A stretch of DNA of 43,929 nt from Candidatus Aminicenantales bacterium. GTDB taxonomy: Bacteria > Acidobacteriota > Aminicenantia > Aminicenantales > Saccharicenantaceae. Under the pieces are notes generated by a model. The model searched no databases, was not told where the DNA came from, and saw only the letters and a program-made list of their open reading frames with translations. The stretch covers positions 1 through 43,929 of the forward strand of contig JBEKXF010000028.1 in assembly GCA_049512315.1 (NCBI GenBank), in the 5' to 3' direction. A program made the translations under genes and the position numbers. Numbering within the stretch: position 1 is the first letter of the stretch; each line of letters opens with the position of its first letter. This document shows, one piece after another, positions 1-9,045 of the stretch.

Positions 1-357
1 ATAACCTGCCGGACAACCGCCAGCCGTTCATGTTCCTTCTTGGTCAACGTGATCAGTTCCTCTCGCACGGGGCCGGCCCTCCTCCTGTCCGGAGGAGTAC
101 CTTAGCCCAAAAAAGCGGAAATTATCACGTTGCCGCAACAGCGAACGACCCTCGCGCCCGGAAAAGATATAACAGACTGATGTTGCTTTCTGTTGACATC
201 CCCATACCAACATAGCCCAAGGACAAAGATAGGCCCCTCCCTTCCAATGGGTTCTTAATGGGGAGGTCATTCCCTCGTTAATTTGCGATAGTAGAAAAGA
301 TATACGGGCCATGAATCCGCTTGATTCCTGGCTTACCCCACGGAGTGGTCTGCCACA

Positions 358-403
358 CAACAGCTTTATTGCTGTTGACACGATTCGGAGGCGGCCGTAT
401 GGT
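358..403 (+). promoter_or_regulatory. sigma70-like promoter with overlapping inverted-repeat operator
   Basis: TTGACA (375-380), 17 nt, TATGGT (398-403). A perfect 7-6-7 inverted repeat CAACAGC-TTTATT-GCTGTTG (358-377) overlaps the -35. Confidence 0.55.
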
Positions 404-450
404 TATTGTAAGAGGGGAACCTGATTCAGGAAAAATAGGGGGTGTCTCAG

Positions 451-1218
451 ATGAGAAGTCGTCCGGCGATGATCACTATCGGCATGGGGATCCTGCTTTC
501 CATCCCGCAGTGGTTAACCGCCCAATGGGTGCAAGCAGGCAACCCGGGAGGCGGTTGGATCACCTCTTTTGTGGTGAGCGGGACAAATCTCTTCGTCAGC
601 ACTCGGGGCGGCGGTGTCTTTCTTTCCGTGGACAACGGCCGAGGCTGGAAGGCGGTCAGCGCGGGGTTGCCTGGGAAGTGTTTGGTCTTTCGTCTCTTGG
701 CAAACGGTTCGGATCTCTTCGCCGCCGCCGGCGCTAAGAGCATCGGCGTTTCCTTATCCACGGACAACGGCGCTAACTGGACGCCGGCCAACTCGGGCTT
801 ACCGGACACAAATATCTTTTGTCTTGCGGCGAGCGGGACCAACCTCTTTGCCGGTACCGAGGAAGGCAAAGTCTGGCGGCTGCCGTTGTCGGAGGGGTCA
901 TATGAAAAATGGTATTGCTGGGGCGATGGTTACCTGTCGGCCGGGCGCACGGACGACGCGATCGCCGCCTTCGAGAAGGGCCTCAAGCTGAAACCCGATA
1001 TTCCCGAGGCATGGTACAGCTTGGGCATCCTTTATGTGGAGGCAGGGCGCGCCGGCGACGCGGTGGCCGCCTACGAGCAAGCCGTAAAACTCAAGCCGAG
1101 CTTCGCCGAAGCCTGGTATGCCCTGGGCGGGTGCTACGAAAAAGCGGGCCGCAAGAATGACGCGGCGGCCGCGTCCGAGCGGGCCAGGAGCCTGAAGCCG
1201 GAACTATTCAAAAAGTAG
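451..1218 (+). CDS. secreted protein with BNR/Asp-box beta-propeller repeats fused to C-terminal TPR repeats
   Basis: Signal peptide ending ...LTAQW. Asp-box-like SxDNGxxW motifs (LSVDNGRGW, LSTDNGANW). TPR repeats (PEAWYSLG, AEAWYALG). ATG 451 follows AGGGGG. Confidence 0.75.
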   Translation: MRSRPAMITIGMGILLSIPQWLTAQWVQAGNPGGGWITSFVVSGTNLFVSTRGGGVFLSVDNGRGWKAVSAGLPGKCLVFRLLANGSDLFAAAGAKSIGVSLSTDNGANWTPANSGLPDTNIFCLAASGTNLFAGTEEGKVWRLPLSEGSYEKWYCWGDGYLSAGRTDDAIAAFEKGLKLKPDIPEAWYSLGILYVEAGRAGDAVAAYEQAVKLKPSFAEAWYALGGCYEKAGRKNDAAAASERARSLKPELFKK

Positions 1219-1227
1219 GGGAAACGC

Positions 1228-1312
1228 AAGTGCGCCTGGCCTGACTCGAACAGGCGACACACCGCCTTCGGCAGTGCTGGCAAGGCCGGCATGGATGAGG
1301 AATGCGATCCGA
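1228..1312 (-). repeat. tRNA-Arg(CCT)-type 3' half with hairpin insert, copy 1 (putative att site)
   Basis: Minus strand reads anticodon-loop variant TTCCTCA-TCCA-[insert]-TGTC-GCCTG TTCGAGT CAGGC-CAGGCGC-A. Near-identical to the copies at 10687, 12331 and 32954. Confidence 0.85.
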
Positions 1313-1329
1313 CGTTCTTGGGGAGTCAA

Positions 1330-2259
1330 ATGAAACATTTAATCCGTCCTATGCTGCCCACACTTGTGACGGAGCCTTTCAGTCGAGCCGGCTGGATCAA
1401 CGAAGAGAAATACGATGGTTTCCGAGCCTTGGCTCACCTCAGCGGGGACAACGTTAAACTTTACTCGCGCAACCTGAAGAATATAACCGCCGATTATCTG
1501 GAGATTGCCCAAGCGCTCAGAGAACTCTCTGGGGGGGACTTTGTGCTTGATGGGGAGATCGTTGCCTTCGACCAAAAGGGCGTCTCCCGTTTTCAACTCC
1601 TCCAGCGACGCGAGTTCGACGTCAAAGTCCGGCCAATTTTCACTCTCTTCGATTGCCTCGAGATAGACGGGGATGAGATTCTGAAAAAGCCGCTCATTGA
1701 ACGCAGAGAAGCATTGGAGACGATTGTGCCAGTTCGGCATCCATTGCTCATGCGTTCCCGGCTTCTTTCATCAAACGGGCTGACGGCTTATGAAGAGGCT
1801 AAAAGAAGGGGATGGGAGGGGATTGTTGCGAAAAACGATGACTCTCCCTATGAACCGGGGAAACGAACGCGAACCTGGCTGAAGGTCAAATGTCGTAGGG
1901 AATCGGAGTTTGTCATCGGTGGCTATACCCCGCCGGCCGGTCATCGGACTCATTTTGGGGCGCTTCTTGTCGGCCTCTATGACGGCGGGAAACTCTGTTA
2001 CACCGGCAAAGTGGGGACAGGTTACTCCGAAGAGGCTCTGACGGAACTCGCCATGAAAATGAAACCGCTGGCGAGATCAAGATCTCCTTTTGAGCCGACG
2101 CCACGGGAGGGAGACGCGACTTGGGTTCAGCCCATACTCATCGCCCAGGTTGCTTTCGCTGAATGGACGAAGGATGGAAAATTGCGCCAGCCGGCGTTTC
2201 TCGGTCTCCGATACGACAAGAAGCCATCGGAGTGCCAATGGAGGGAACGTGACCGGTAA
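1330..2259 (+). CDS. ligD: ATP-dependent DNA ligase, NHEJ LigD ligase domain
   Basis: Motifs EEKYDGFR, LDGEIV, WEGIVAK, WLKVK and OB-domain LRQPAFLGLR. Start moved to ATG 1330 (GGGAG RBS) because the ATG at 1291 lies inside the repeat. Confidence 0.9.
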   Translation: MKHLIRPMLPTLVTEPFSRAGWINEEKYDGFRALAHLSGDNVKLYSRNLKNITADYLEIAQALRELSGGDFVLDGEIVAFDQKGVSRFQLLQRREFDVKVRPIFTLFDCLEIDGDEILKKPLIERREALETIVPVRHPLLMRSRLLSSNGLTAYEEAKRRGWEGIVAKNDDSPYEPGKRTRTWLKVKCRRESEFVIGGYTPPAGHRTHFGALLVGLYDGGKLCYTGKVGTGYSEEALTELAMKMKPLARSRSPFEPTPREGDATWVQPILIAQVAFAEWTKDGKLRQPAFLGLRYDKKPSECQWRERDR

Positions 2260-3169
2260 AAGAAGATTTGGTGAGGCGGCTAGTGTCGAAAGGGTCAAGA
2301 TCACGCATCCTGACAAAATCTGGTGGCCGGAAGAAAAGATCACGAAGCTCGATGTTGCTCAGTACTATGCGGCCGTGGCCCAGCACATCCTCCCCTGGTT
2401 AAAAAAGCATCCGCTCACTGCTGAACGCTGCCCCGATGGGATGGCAGGGGAATGTTTCTTTCAGAAGAATTTTTCTGAGGATCTTCCTTCCGGTGTCCCC
2501 ACCCGGGCCCTTCCCGCCGAAAGCGCCGGGGAAGTCGTCCATTATGCTATTGGAGGATCGATCAGGACTTTGCTGGCCCTTGTGAACCTCGGATGTATAG
2601 CCGTTCATGTCATGAACTGCCACGTTGATACTCTCGATGATCCTGCCTGGCTGGCCTTCGATCTCGATCCATCCTCAGGAAAATTCTCGGACGCGGCCAA
2701 AGCCGGGGCCGTTCTCCATGGAATTCTGAACGAACTCCGGATCCCATCTTACCCGAAGACCTCCGGTGGAAAAGGCCTCCACGTCTTCGTCCCTTTGAAG
2801 CATAGCCCAAATCAGGAGCAGGTTCGCGAATTCGCCCGCCGGATCAGCCAGGAAATGGTCGATCGGTCACCAGAACTCATCACAGTTCAGATGTCAAAAT
2901 CGAAGCGACATGGCCGTGTTTTTTCAGACTGGCTCCGCAATGCCTTTGGGCAGACGATCGTTGCGCCATACTCTGTGAGGCGACGCCAAAAAGCCCCTAT
3001 TTCCACACCTCTTCACTGGGAAGAAGTGGATCGCAGCCTTGAACCATCATCCTTCAACCTCTTAACGATTGAGCATCGGCTTAAGGGAAAGGATCCGTGG
3101 GCCGACTTCTGGAGGAACCCCCAGGTTCTGCCAAACCTCAAATTGACCTCCCCCTTTTTAAGTTGTTAG
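2249..3169 (+). CDS. stand-alone LigD primase-polymerase (Pol) domain protein
   Basis: ITHPDK, ITKLD, RCPDG, FFQKN, FDLDP, KTSGGKGLHV, APYSVR. Probable GTG start at 2249 overlaps the ligase stop; the exact start is uncertain. Confidence 0.88.
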   Translation: MTGKRRFGEAASVERVKITHPDKIWWPEEKITKLDVAQYYAAVAQHILPWLKKHPLTAERCPDGMAGECFFQKNFSEDLPSGVPTRALPAESAGEVVHYAIGGSIRTLLALVNLGCIAVHVMNCHVDTLDDPAWLAFDLDPSSGKFSDAAKAGAVLHGILNELRIPSYPKTSGGKGLHVFVPLKHSPNQEQVREFARRISQEMVDRSPELITVQMSKSKRHGRVFSDWLRNAFGQTIVAPYSVRRRQKAPISTPLHWEEVDRSLEPSSFNLLTIEHRLKGKDPWADFWRNPQVLPNLKLTSPFLSC

Positions 3170-3252
3170 CCTCTTCGAGCCGGATGTTGCCCGAGGCCGG
3201 TATCCATGATAGAGAGGGACGACGTCCACGAAAAAACGCCGGCCGGCCGCGC

Positions 3253-4149
3253 TCACTGACAGGCAATGTCGCCCGGGATGCGACAGGCTTCCTCGGGGAG
3301 TTCGATCTCTACCGTCGAATGGAAGAGGCCGAGGCCTCCGACGACCCGCCGCACATCGTCCTTGAGCCGGCGGTATTCCTCGGGCGCGAGGTCGCGGTCC
3401 ACGACGAGGTGGGCCGAAAGAACATTATGCTCGCCGTCGAGGGACCAGACATGGACATGGTGAACGTTCCTGACGTGATCGATTTTCCCGATGGCCGCGG
3501 ATATGGCGTCGAGGTCCGTGCCTTTAGGCGCCGCTTCAAGAAAGATGGGGACGACGGACCCGAGATTCCTGAAGGCGCGGCCGAGAACGTACAGCGTGAT
3601 GAGAATGGCCAGCAGGGGGTCGAGGATCGGCACGTGCCTGAAGAGGAGGACGACGGCGACGACGAGGACCGCGACCCAGCCCAGGACGTCCTCGAGCAGA
3701 TGAAGGGCGACGGTCCGGGCGCTGAAGCCGGTCTCCTTGCCCAACCTTCGCATGGCCAGGGCGTTGGCCGCTATCCCGACTACGGCGAGGGCGGCCATGC
3801 CCCGGGCGTCCGCGTGGTCGGGCCGGGTGAGGCGGGGCACGGCCCGGGCCAGCACGAACAGAGAACTGGCGAGCATAAAAATCGTGGTGATCAGGCCGCC
3901 CAGCAGGGAAAACCGCCGGTATCCGTACGTATACGCGCCTTCCCCTCGCCGCCCGGCCAGCCGCTCGAAATACCAGGCCTGGGCCAGGGCGAAGGAATCC
4001 CCGAGGTCGTGCACCGCGTCGGCCAGGATGGCCGTGCTGTTCGTCAAGAGCCCGCCGGCGATTTCGACGAGCGTGAATCCCGCGTTCAGGAAAAAGGCTG
4101 CCAGGATGCGCTTCGGGGACGATCCGGACCCGGACTGGGGATGGTTCAT
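3253..4149 (-). CDS. cation diffusion facilitator (CzcD/ZitB-like Zn/Co/Cd exporter)
   Basis: AILADAVHDLGD, YTYGYRR, LHLLED, VHHVHVWSL; six TM segments. Confidence 0.9.
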   Translation of the reverse strand: MNHPQSGSGSSPKRILAAFFLNAGFTLVEIAGGLLTNSTAILADAVHDLGDSFALAQAWYFERLAGRRGEGAYTYGYRRFSLLGGLITTIFMLASSLFVLARAVPRLTRPDHADARGMAALAVVGIAANALAMRRLGKETGFSARTVALHLLEDVLGWVAVLVVAVVLLFRHVPILDPLLAILITLYVLGRAFRNLGSVVPIFLEAAPKGTDLDAISAAIGKIDHVRNVHHVHVWSLDGEHNVLSAHLVVDRDLAPEEYRRLKDDVRRVVGGLGLFHSTVEIELPEEACRIPGDIACQ

Positions 4150-4162
4150 TCTCTCGGCGGCC

Positions 4163-4190
4163 TCAAGGGGAGTTTAGCATACTCCCTTGA
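4163..4190. terminator. inverted repeat or hairpin just upstream of the CDF gene (terminator or operator)
   Basis: TCAAGGG(G)AGT-TTAGCAT-ACTCCCTTGA; no clear U-tract. Confidence 0.35.
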
Positions 4191-4193
4191 ATT

Positions 4194-4672
4194 TCAGAAC
4201 TTTGAATGGGCCATCGTCCTTAAAATTAAATTGCCCAGAAGTTTGCTGCCGGCAATAACTATTAACGCAACGACCAAATGCCAAACGATTTCCTGCAAAG
4301 AATTCGTCTTCCTCTTTTTTGCAATGAAATAGCTTAGGATAGCGAGTCAAACCAAACCCCAGATGGAGGAAACAATGAAGGCGGCGTGCGAAGAAAATAA
4401 TAAAACAATGAGAATGAATGTGAACGCAAGAAATAGCCTGACTATAAAATTTCTATATGTCGATGAATTGATATCCTGCTTGGAAGCTCCTTCCGATTCT
4501 TTATAGATATGGATGCCCAGGGAGTCCGAGATATTATCCGCAATCGCAATAATCAAAAGACCGGAAATGATGCTTGTTCTTGCGCTGTCTCCCTGATTTA
4601 ATCCTGCAACTAATCCCATGCTGGTGATGATCGCCGCTGTCGCCCCATACTGAATTTATTGATGTTCAGCAT
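4194..4672 (-). pseudogene. VIT1/CCC1-like membrane transporter pseudogene
   Basis: MLNINKF, then a frameshift into YGATAAIITSMGLVAG...IIAIADNISDSLGIHIYKESE. In-frame TGA at 4347-4349, after which the frame continues LAILSYFIAKK...EIVWHL...SKF to a stop at 4194. Confidence 0.7.
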
Positions 4673-4765
4673 GTTATCTCATTTTCCCATTGACGGACCT
4701 TGTCCCCAAAAGCTGCTCCAGTCAAAAGCGTAGTTTTTTGGCCTTTGAGCCGCTCCCCATATTGG

Positions 4766-4790
4766 GACCATTTTTCAGGGGGTAGGTCCC
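4766..4790. repeat. short copy of the module-junction motif GACCATTTTTCAGGG..TCCC
   Basis: 15-nt identity to 23224-23238 and similarity to ~33200-33225. Confidence 0.5.
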
Positions 4791-4811
4791 GGAGACAGGG
4801 GGGTTATGTGC

Positions 4812-7800
4812 CTACTTCTGCGTGTCTCGCTTCTCCCACTCCTCTCTCGTAAGGGGCGTGATCGGTTCCAGCTTCTTCTCTGCGAGGCCCCTGTTCACGC
4901 CAGCCAGCTCCTTGGCGGCCCAGGCGTCGAAGTCTTTCGCGACGTCGTCCAGCTCCCGCGCGAGCGTCCCGGTGCGTTCGACCTGTGCCTGGGTCGGCTT
5001 GCCCTCGTATCCCATCACGGCTCCGTAGAGGTCGGAGAGGTACTCGCGAAGCCGCTCCTCACCGGTGATCATCCCGCCTTCCTTTGTGGCGACGATCTCC
5101 TTCCGGAACTCGTCGGCACGTATGGACGCGGCCTGCAGACGCTGACCGAGGGGCTCGTCCGCCGCCAGTTTCAACGCACGGTCATCGAGTGCTGTCCGGA
5201 CACTATTGATCCGATCGACGACGAACGTCATGTCCCCAAGCATGTTGGACAACTTCATGGACAGGTCAAACTGCGCTTTGCGGTCTTCGAGCGTGTGTTT
5301 CGACCTCGGGTCGAGGCCGACTGTGAGCTTGGTGGTATAGATCTTTTTGTCCTTCAGCATCTTCACGGTGTACGTCCCGGGCAGAACGCGCGGGCCGACA
5401 CTGCCGCCGGCTGCCGTGGCGGCGGGCGGGACTCTTGGCGCCTTCAATCGCATGCCCCAGGTCATTCGGCTGAGTCCCCGGCGTTTGCTGCTGGGAATCG
5501 TGCCCATCGACTTGCCGTTCTCATCGAAGACTTCGATTTTGAGGTCGCCGAAGATGTGGCGCTTCTTCTGATAATACGTGATCGTCGCATCGTCGGTGGG
5601 ATTGGGAGCGGAAAACGAGGCATCCCCGTTTGACCACCCGCCCCCCGCCGGAATCCGCTGGATGGGAGGTTTCGCTTCAATGAACATCGCGTCCTGTGCG
5701 AGTGCCTCCGGCGTCAGCGCGCGAAGCGGCGTGATGTCGTCGATGATCCAGATCCCGCGGCCGTGCGTGGCAATGACGAGGTCGTGGTCGCGCGGATGGA
5801 TGGCCAGGTCGCACACGGCAACATTCGGGAGGTCACCCCCCTTGTACTGCGCCCATTGCTGGCCGCCGTCGAGAGAAACCCACAATCCAAACTCGGTGCC
5901 GACGAACAAGAGGTCATGATTGACGAGATCCTCTTTGACGACATGCGCGTAGCCGCGCAGGGAATTTCCCTCACTGAGGATCGACGTCCAGGTCCGGCCA
6001 AAGTCCGTGGTTTTGTAGGCATACGGCCGCATGTCGCCGAACATGTGCAGGTCGAAGGTCGCATACGCGGCGCCGTCGCTGAAGTGGCCGGGGTCAACGG
6101 ATGATACCCAGGCATTCTTGGGCAATCCCTGGATGTTGCCGACAACGTTCGTCCAATTTTTCCCGCCGTCGCGAGTGACCTGAAGGTTGCCGTCGTCCGT
6201 TCCCACCCAGATGATATTTGGATCCCTCGGGGATTCAGCGATCGCGAAGATCGTTGTGTGCATTTCAGCCGAAGAGTTATCCACCGTGACGCCGCCGGAT
6301 TGTTCCTGTCTCTGCTTTTCGGGGTCGTTGGTCGTCAGGTCCGGTGAAATACGTTCCCACGTCTGTCCCTGGTCGCGCGAGCGGAACAGGAACTGGGCCC
6401 CGATGTAGAGGGTCCCTTTTTGCGTCGGGCTCACCTGAATCGGTGTGTCCCAATTGAATCGCAGTTGACCTTCCTTGTATTGAGGCAGCGGTTTGATGCT
6501 TCGGATTTCATGCGTTTTCCGGTTGACCCGTCCGATCTCTCCTCCCTGAGCTTCAGCGTAGATGTAATCGGGATCAGACGGATCGGCAAACATCCAGAAG
6601 CCGTCGCCGCCGAACATATTCTCCCACTGGCTATTGGTAATACCCCCCGGATACTGCGAAACGCCGACCCAGGAGCTGTTGTCCTGGAGTCCGCCATAGA
6701 CGTGATAGGGCATGTCCATGTCCATGCTGACGTGGTAGAACTGCGAGATGGGGAGGTTGTCGGCTTTCCACCAATGGTTGCAGCCGTCGTAGGAGTACCA
6801 GAGGCCGCCGTCATCTCCCGTGATGACGTGGTCGGTATTGTCGGGGTCGACCCAGACATCGTGGAAGTCGCCGTGCGCGCCGCCCGAAATGTAGCTGAAA
6901 CTCTTGCCTCCGTCCGTACTCATGATGAGCGGTCCATCGGTCTTGTAGACCTTGTTCTCGTTCTTGGGGTCGATGATCAGATTGGCGAAGTAGAACGGCC
7001 GCCAGAGCATATTCTGGCTCCGGTCGAGCGCCTGCCATGTCTGCCCGCCGTCGTCGGAGCGGTACAGGCCGTTCTTGGGCGGCTCGGCTTCGATAAACGC
7101 GTACACGACATTAGGCCTCGACGGAGCGACCGCCACAGCGAGGCGTCCCCACGGCTTTGAAGGAAGCCCCTTCGCGGTTTTTTCGTCGAGGTCGCTCCAC
7201 GTGGCTCCGCCGTCGGTGGTCTTGAAGAAGCCGCTTCCGCTGAAAGCGCCCGCGCTATCGCCGCCGGAACGGAACGTCCAGCCCTTCCTGCGGAAATCCC
7301 ACATGCACGCGAAGAGCGTCTTCGGATGCTGGCGGTCCATCGATATCATCGCGCAACCCGTGGACGCGTTAGCTCCTTTGAGGATCTTCGTCCAGGATTT
7401 CCCTCCGTCGGTCGTTTTGTACAATCCGCGTTCATCACTGTCACTCCACAATTTTCCCGTGACCGCGGCGTACACGGTATCCGGGTCGGTCGGATCGACA
7501 AGGATTTTGGCGATCCGCTCGGATTCCTTCAAGCCCAAGTTCGTCCAGTTGTCGCCGCCGTCCGTCGATTTGTAGATCCCGTCGCCGATCGAGACGCTAT
7601 TGCGCGCCCACGTTTCGCCCGTTCCCACCCAGATCACTTTGGGATTTGTCGGGTCGACCGTCACGGCACCGATGGACTGCACCGGCTGTTTGTCGAAAAC
7701 CGGCTTAAACGTCGTGCCCCCGTTGACCGATTTCCAGACACCGCCGCTGGCCGCCCCGACATACACGGTGAGGCGCTGACCTTCGTGCACGGCGTCGAGC

Positions 7801-7973
7801 GCCGCGACACGACCGCTCATAGCGGCCGAACCGATATTTCGCGCGCCCAGGCCGGAGATCGTCTCCGGGTCGATCTTCACGGGAAATTTCTTTTCCTGCG
7901 CCGCCACCCCGGCAGCCGCCGCGCCGCAGAGTATGACTGCTGATAACCATCGAGTCAATGTCATCTTCTTCAT
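4812..7973 (-). CDS. secreted BNR-repeat / VPS10-sortilin-like beta-propeller protein (often annotated glycosyl hydrolase)
   Basis: Signal peptide MKKMTLTRW...VAAQ. RNIGSAAMSGRV, many S/TxDGGxxW Asp-boxes, GGLQDNSSW, GGDGF, ATHGRG. Confidence 0.85.
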   Translation of the reverse strand: MKKMTLTRWLSAVILCGAAAAGVAAQEKKFPVKIDPETISGLGARNIGSAAMSGRVAALDAVHEGQRLTVYVGAASGGVWKSVNGGTTFKPVFDKQPVQSIGAVTVDPTNPKVIWVGTGETWARNSVSIGDGIYKSTDGGDNWTNLGLKESERIAKILVDPTDPDTVYAAVTGKLWSDSDERGLYKTTDGGKSWTKILKGANASTGCAMISMDRQHPKTLFACMWDFRRKGWTFRSGGDSAGAFSGSGFFKTTDGGATWSDLDEKTAKGLPSKPWGRLAVAVAPSRPNVVYAFIEAEPPKNGLYRSDDGGQTWQALDRSQNMLWRPFYFANLIIDPKNENKVYKTDGPLIMSTDGGKSFSYISGGAHGDFHDVWVDPDNTDHVITGDDGGLWYSYDGCNHWWKADNLPISQFYHVSMDMDMPYHVYGGLQDNSSWVGVSQYPGGITNSQWENMFGGDGFWMFADPSDPDYIYAEAQGGEIGRVNRKTHEIRSIKPLPQYKEGQLRFNWDTPIQVSPTQKGTLYIGAQFLFRSRDQGQTWERISPDLTTNDPEKQRQEQSGGVTVDNSSAEMHTTIFAIAESPRDPNIIWVGTDDGNLQVTRDGGKNWTNVVGNIQGLPKNAWVSSVDPGHFSDGAAYATFDLHMFGDMRPYAYKTTDFGRTWTSILSEGNSLRGYAHVVKEDLVNHDLLFVGTEFGLWVSLDGGQQWAQYKGGDLPNVAVCDLAIHPRDHDLVIATHGRGIWIIDDITPLRALTPEALAQDAMFIEAKPPIQRIPAGGGWSNGDASFSAPNPTDDATITYYQKKRHIFGDLKIEVFDENGKSMGTIPSSKRRGLSRMTWGMRLKAPRVPPAATAAGGSVGPRVLPGTYTVKMLKDKKIYTTKLTVGLDPRSKHTLEDRKAQFDLSMKLSNMLGDMTFVVDRINSVRTALDDRALKLAADEPLGQRLQAASIRADEFRKEIVATKEGGMITGEERLREYLSDLYGAVMGYEGKPTQAQVERTGTLARELDDVAKDFDAWAAKELAGVNRGLAEKKLEPITPLTREEWEKRDTQK

Positions 7974-7998
7974 ATTGAGATCCTTTTCCAGGCTGGAC

Positions 7999-8742
7999 TC
8001 AGTATTTTGTATTCGCTGGTATCGCCGGCTTCGCGAAGTCGCTGTTATTGACCGGCACGTTGGCTTCGATCTTTTCGTAAGTGACCGTCCCCCGGCCCTC
8101 ACTGCCCTTCACACGGGTTTCAACCGAGTGTGGCAGGTACCAGCCGTCGACTTCCTTGTAGTCGCCCAGGGATATTTCATACTCATGTTCCTCGCCCCGG
8201 ATCATGCGTTTGAGATCGACCTTGATCGGGACGTAGTAGTCCGTGTCCATGTAGTACGTCCAGGTGTCGCCGTTCGCGAGCGTCACTTCGAGCTTGAGGG
8301 CATCCGTGCCTTCGACCGGCTCCGTGCCGAGGTATTTGACCTTGTTTCCCTTCTGTTCGTAATTCACGATCGGGCCGTCGAAGTCGGCATCTTCGAGGAT
8401 TGCCTTCATCTCTTCTTCACCGAGAGACTCGGGATCCTTTTTGCCCTCCCAGGGTTCGATCTTCCATCCGGTCTTGCCGTCGTAGGCCGTGATGCCGGTC
8501 ATGGCCAGCATCGTGATCTCCTCCCGTACCAGATTGGGCCGCTTGTTCTCCTGACGGATCTTCACTTCAAACCCTCCCCCGCCGGAGATCTTCCCTGTCC
8601 GGACCAGCGTTTTTATGCTCTGGATCTTCTGCGCACCTCCGACGGTTCTCAGGTACTTATTGATGATCTCCTCAGCCGTTTGTCCCCTCAAGCATACGGC
8701 GAGGAGCAGAAAAGCGGCAACTTCCAGTAAAGCTCTACGCAT
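7999..8742 (-). CDS. secreted LolA-like / outer-membrane lipoprotein-sorting family protein
   Basis: Signal peptide, then QTAEEIINKYL..VGG, YDGKTGW, DYKEVDG..LPH. Co-oriented upstream of the VPS10-like gene. Confidence 0.6.
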   Translation of the reverse strand: MRRALLEVAAFLLLAVCLRGQTAEEIINKYLRTVGGAQKIQSIKTLVRTGKISGGGGFEVKIRQENKRPNLVREEITMLAMTGITAYDGKTGWKIEPWEGKKDPESLGEEEMKAILEDADFDGPIVNYEQKGNKVKYLGTEPVEGTDALKLEVTLANGDTWTYYMDTDYYVPIKVDLKRMIRGEEHEYEISLGDYKEVDGWYLPHSVETRVKGSEGRGTVTYEKIEANVPVNNSDFAKPAIPANTKY

Positions 8743-8817
8743 GATGATTCTCCTTCATCCCATTGATTTGTGAGCGGCTCCTCATAATCTTTCTCGTCTC
8801 AAAGAGTGCACCCACTC

Positions 8818-8847
8818 AATGTACCATCCCTGAACTGAGATTTTCAA
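8818..8847 (-). promoter_or_regulatory. sigma70-like promoter (module shared with 42561-42590)
   Basis: Minus strand TTGAAA, 18 nt, TACATT with TG extended -10; points into the 8742 operon. Confidence 0.5.
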
Positions 8848-9045
8848 GCCTTGGACCCGGCCTTGGACCTGAGCCCCCGGTTCAGTCCATTTGCCAGATG
8901 CTCACATTATCGCTGGACCAGTTTGAAGTTTCTTTTTGCCGCCTCTGAAGGTCTGGGAGGCTTTCCTTTTGAGCTCGTCTCGAATAAAATCATCAAGACG
9001 CCGATGAAGGGCGAAGAAAAATGAAGTTGGAGAAGGAGCGAAAGG

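Noticed and set aside
1..31. Possible 5' end of a minus-strand gene (MNGWRLSGRL)
   Set aside because: Only 10 codons are visible at the window edge.
3097..4332. 411-aa plus-strand ORF
   Set aside because: Antisense shadow of the CDF gene in GC-rich DNA, with no motifs.
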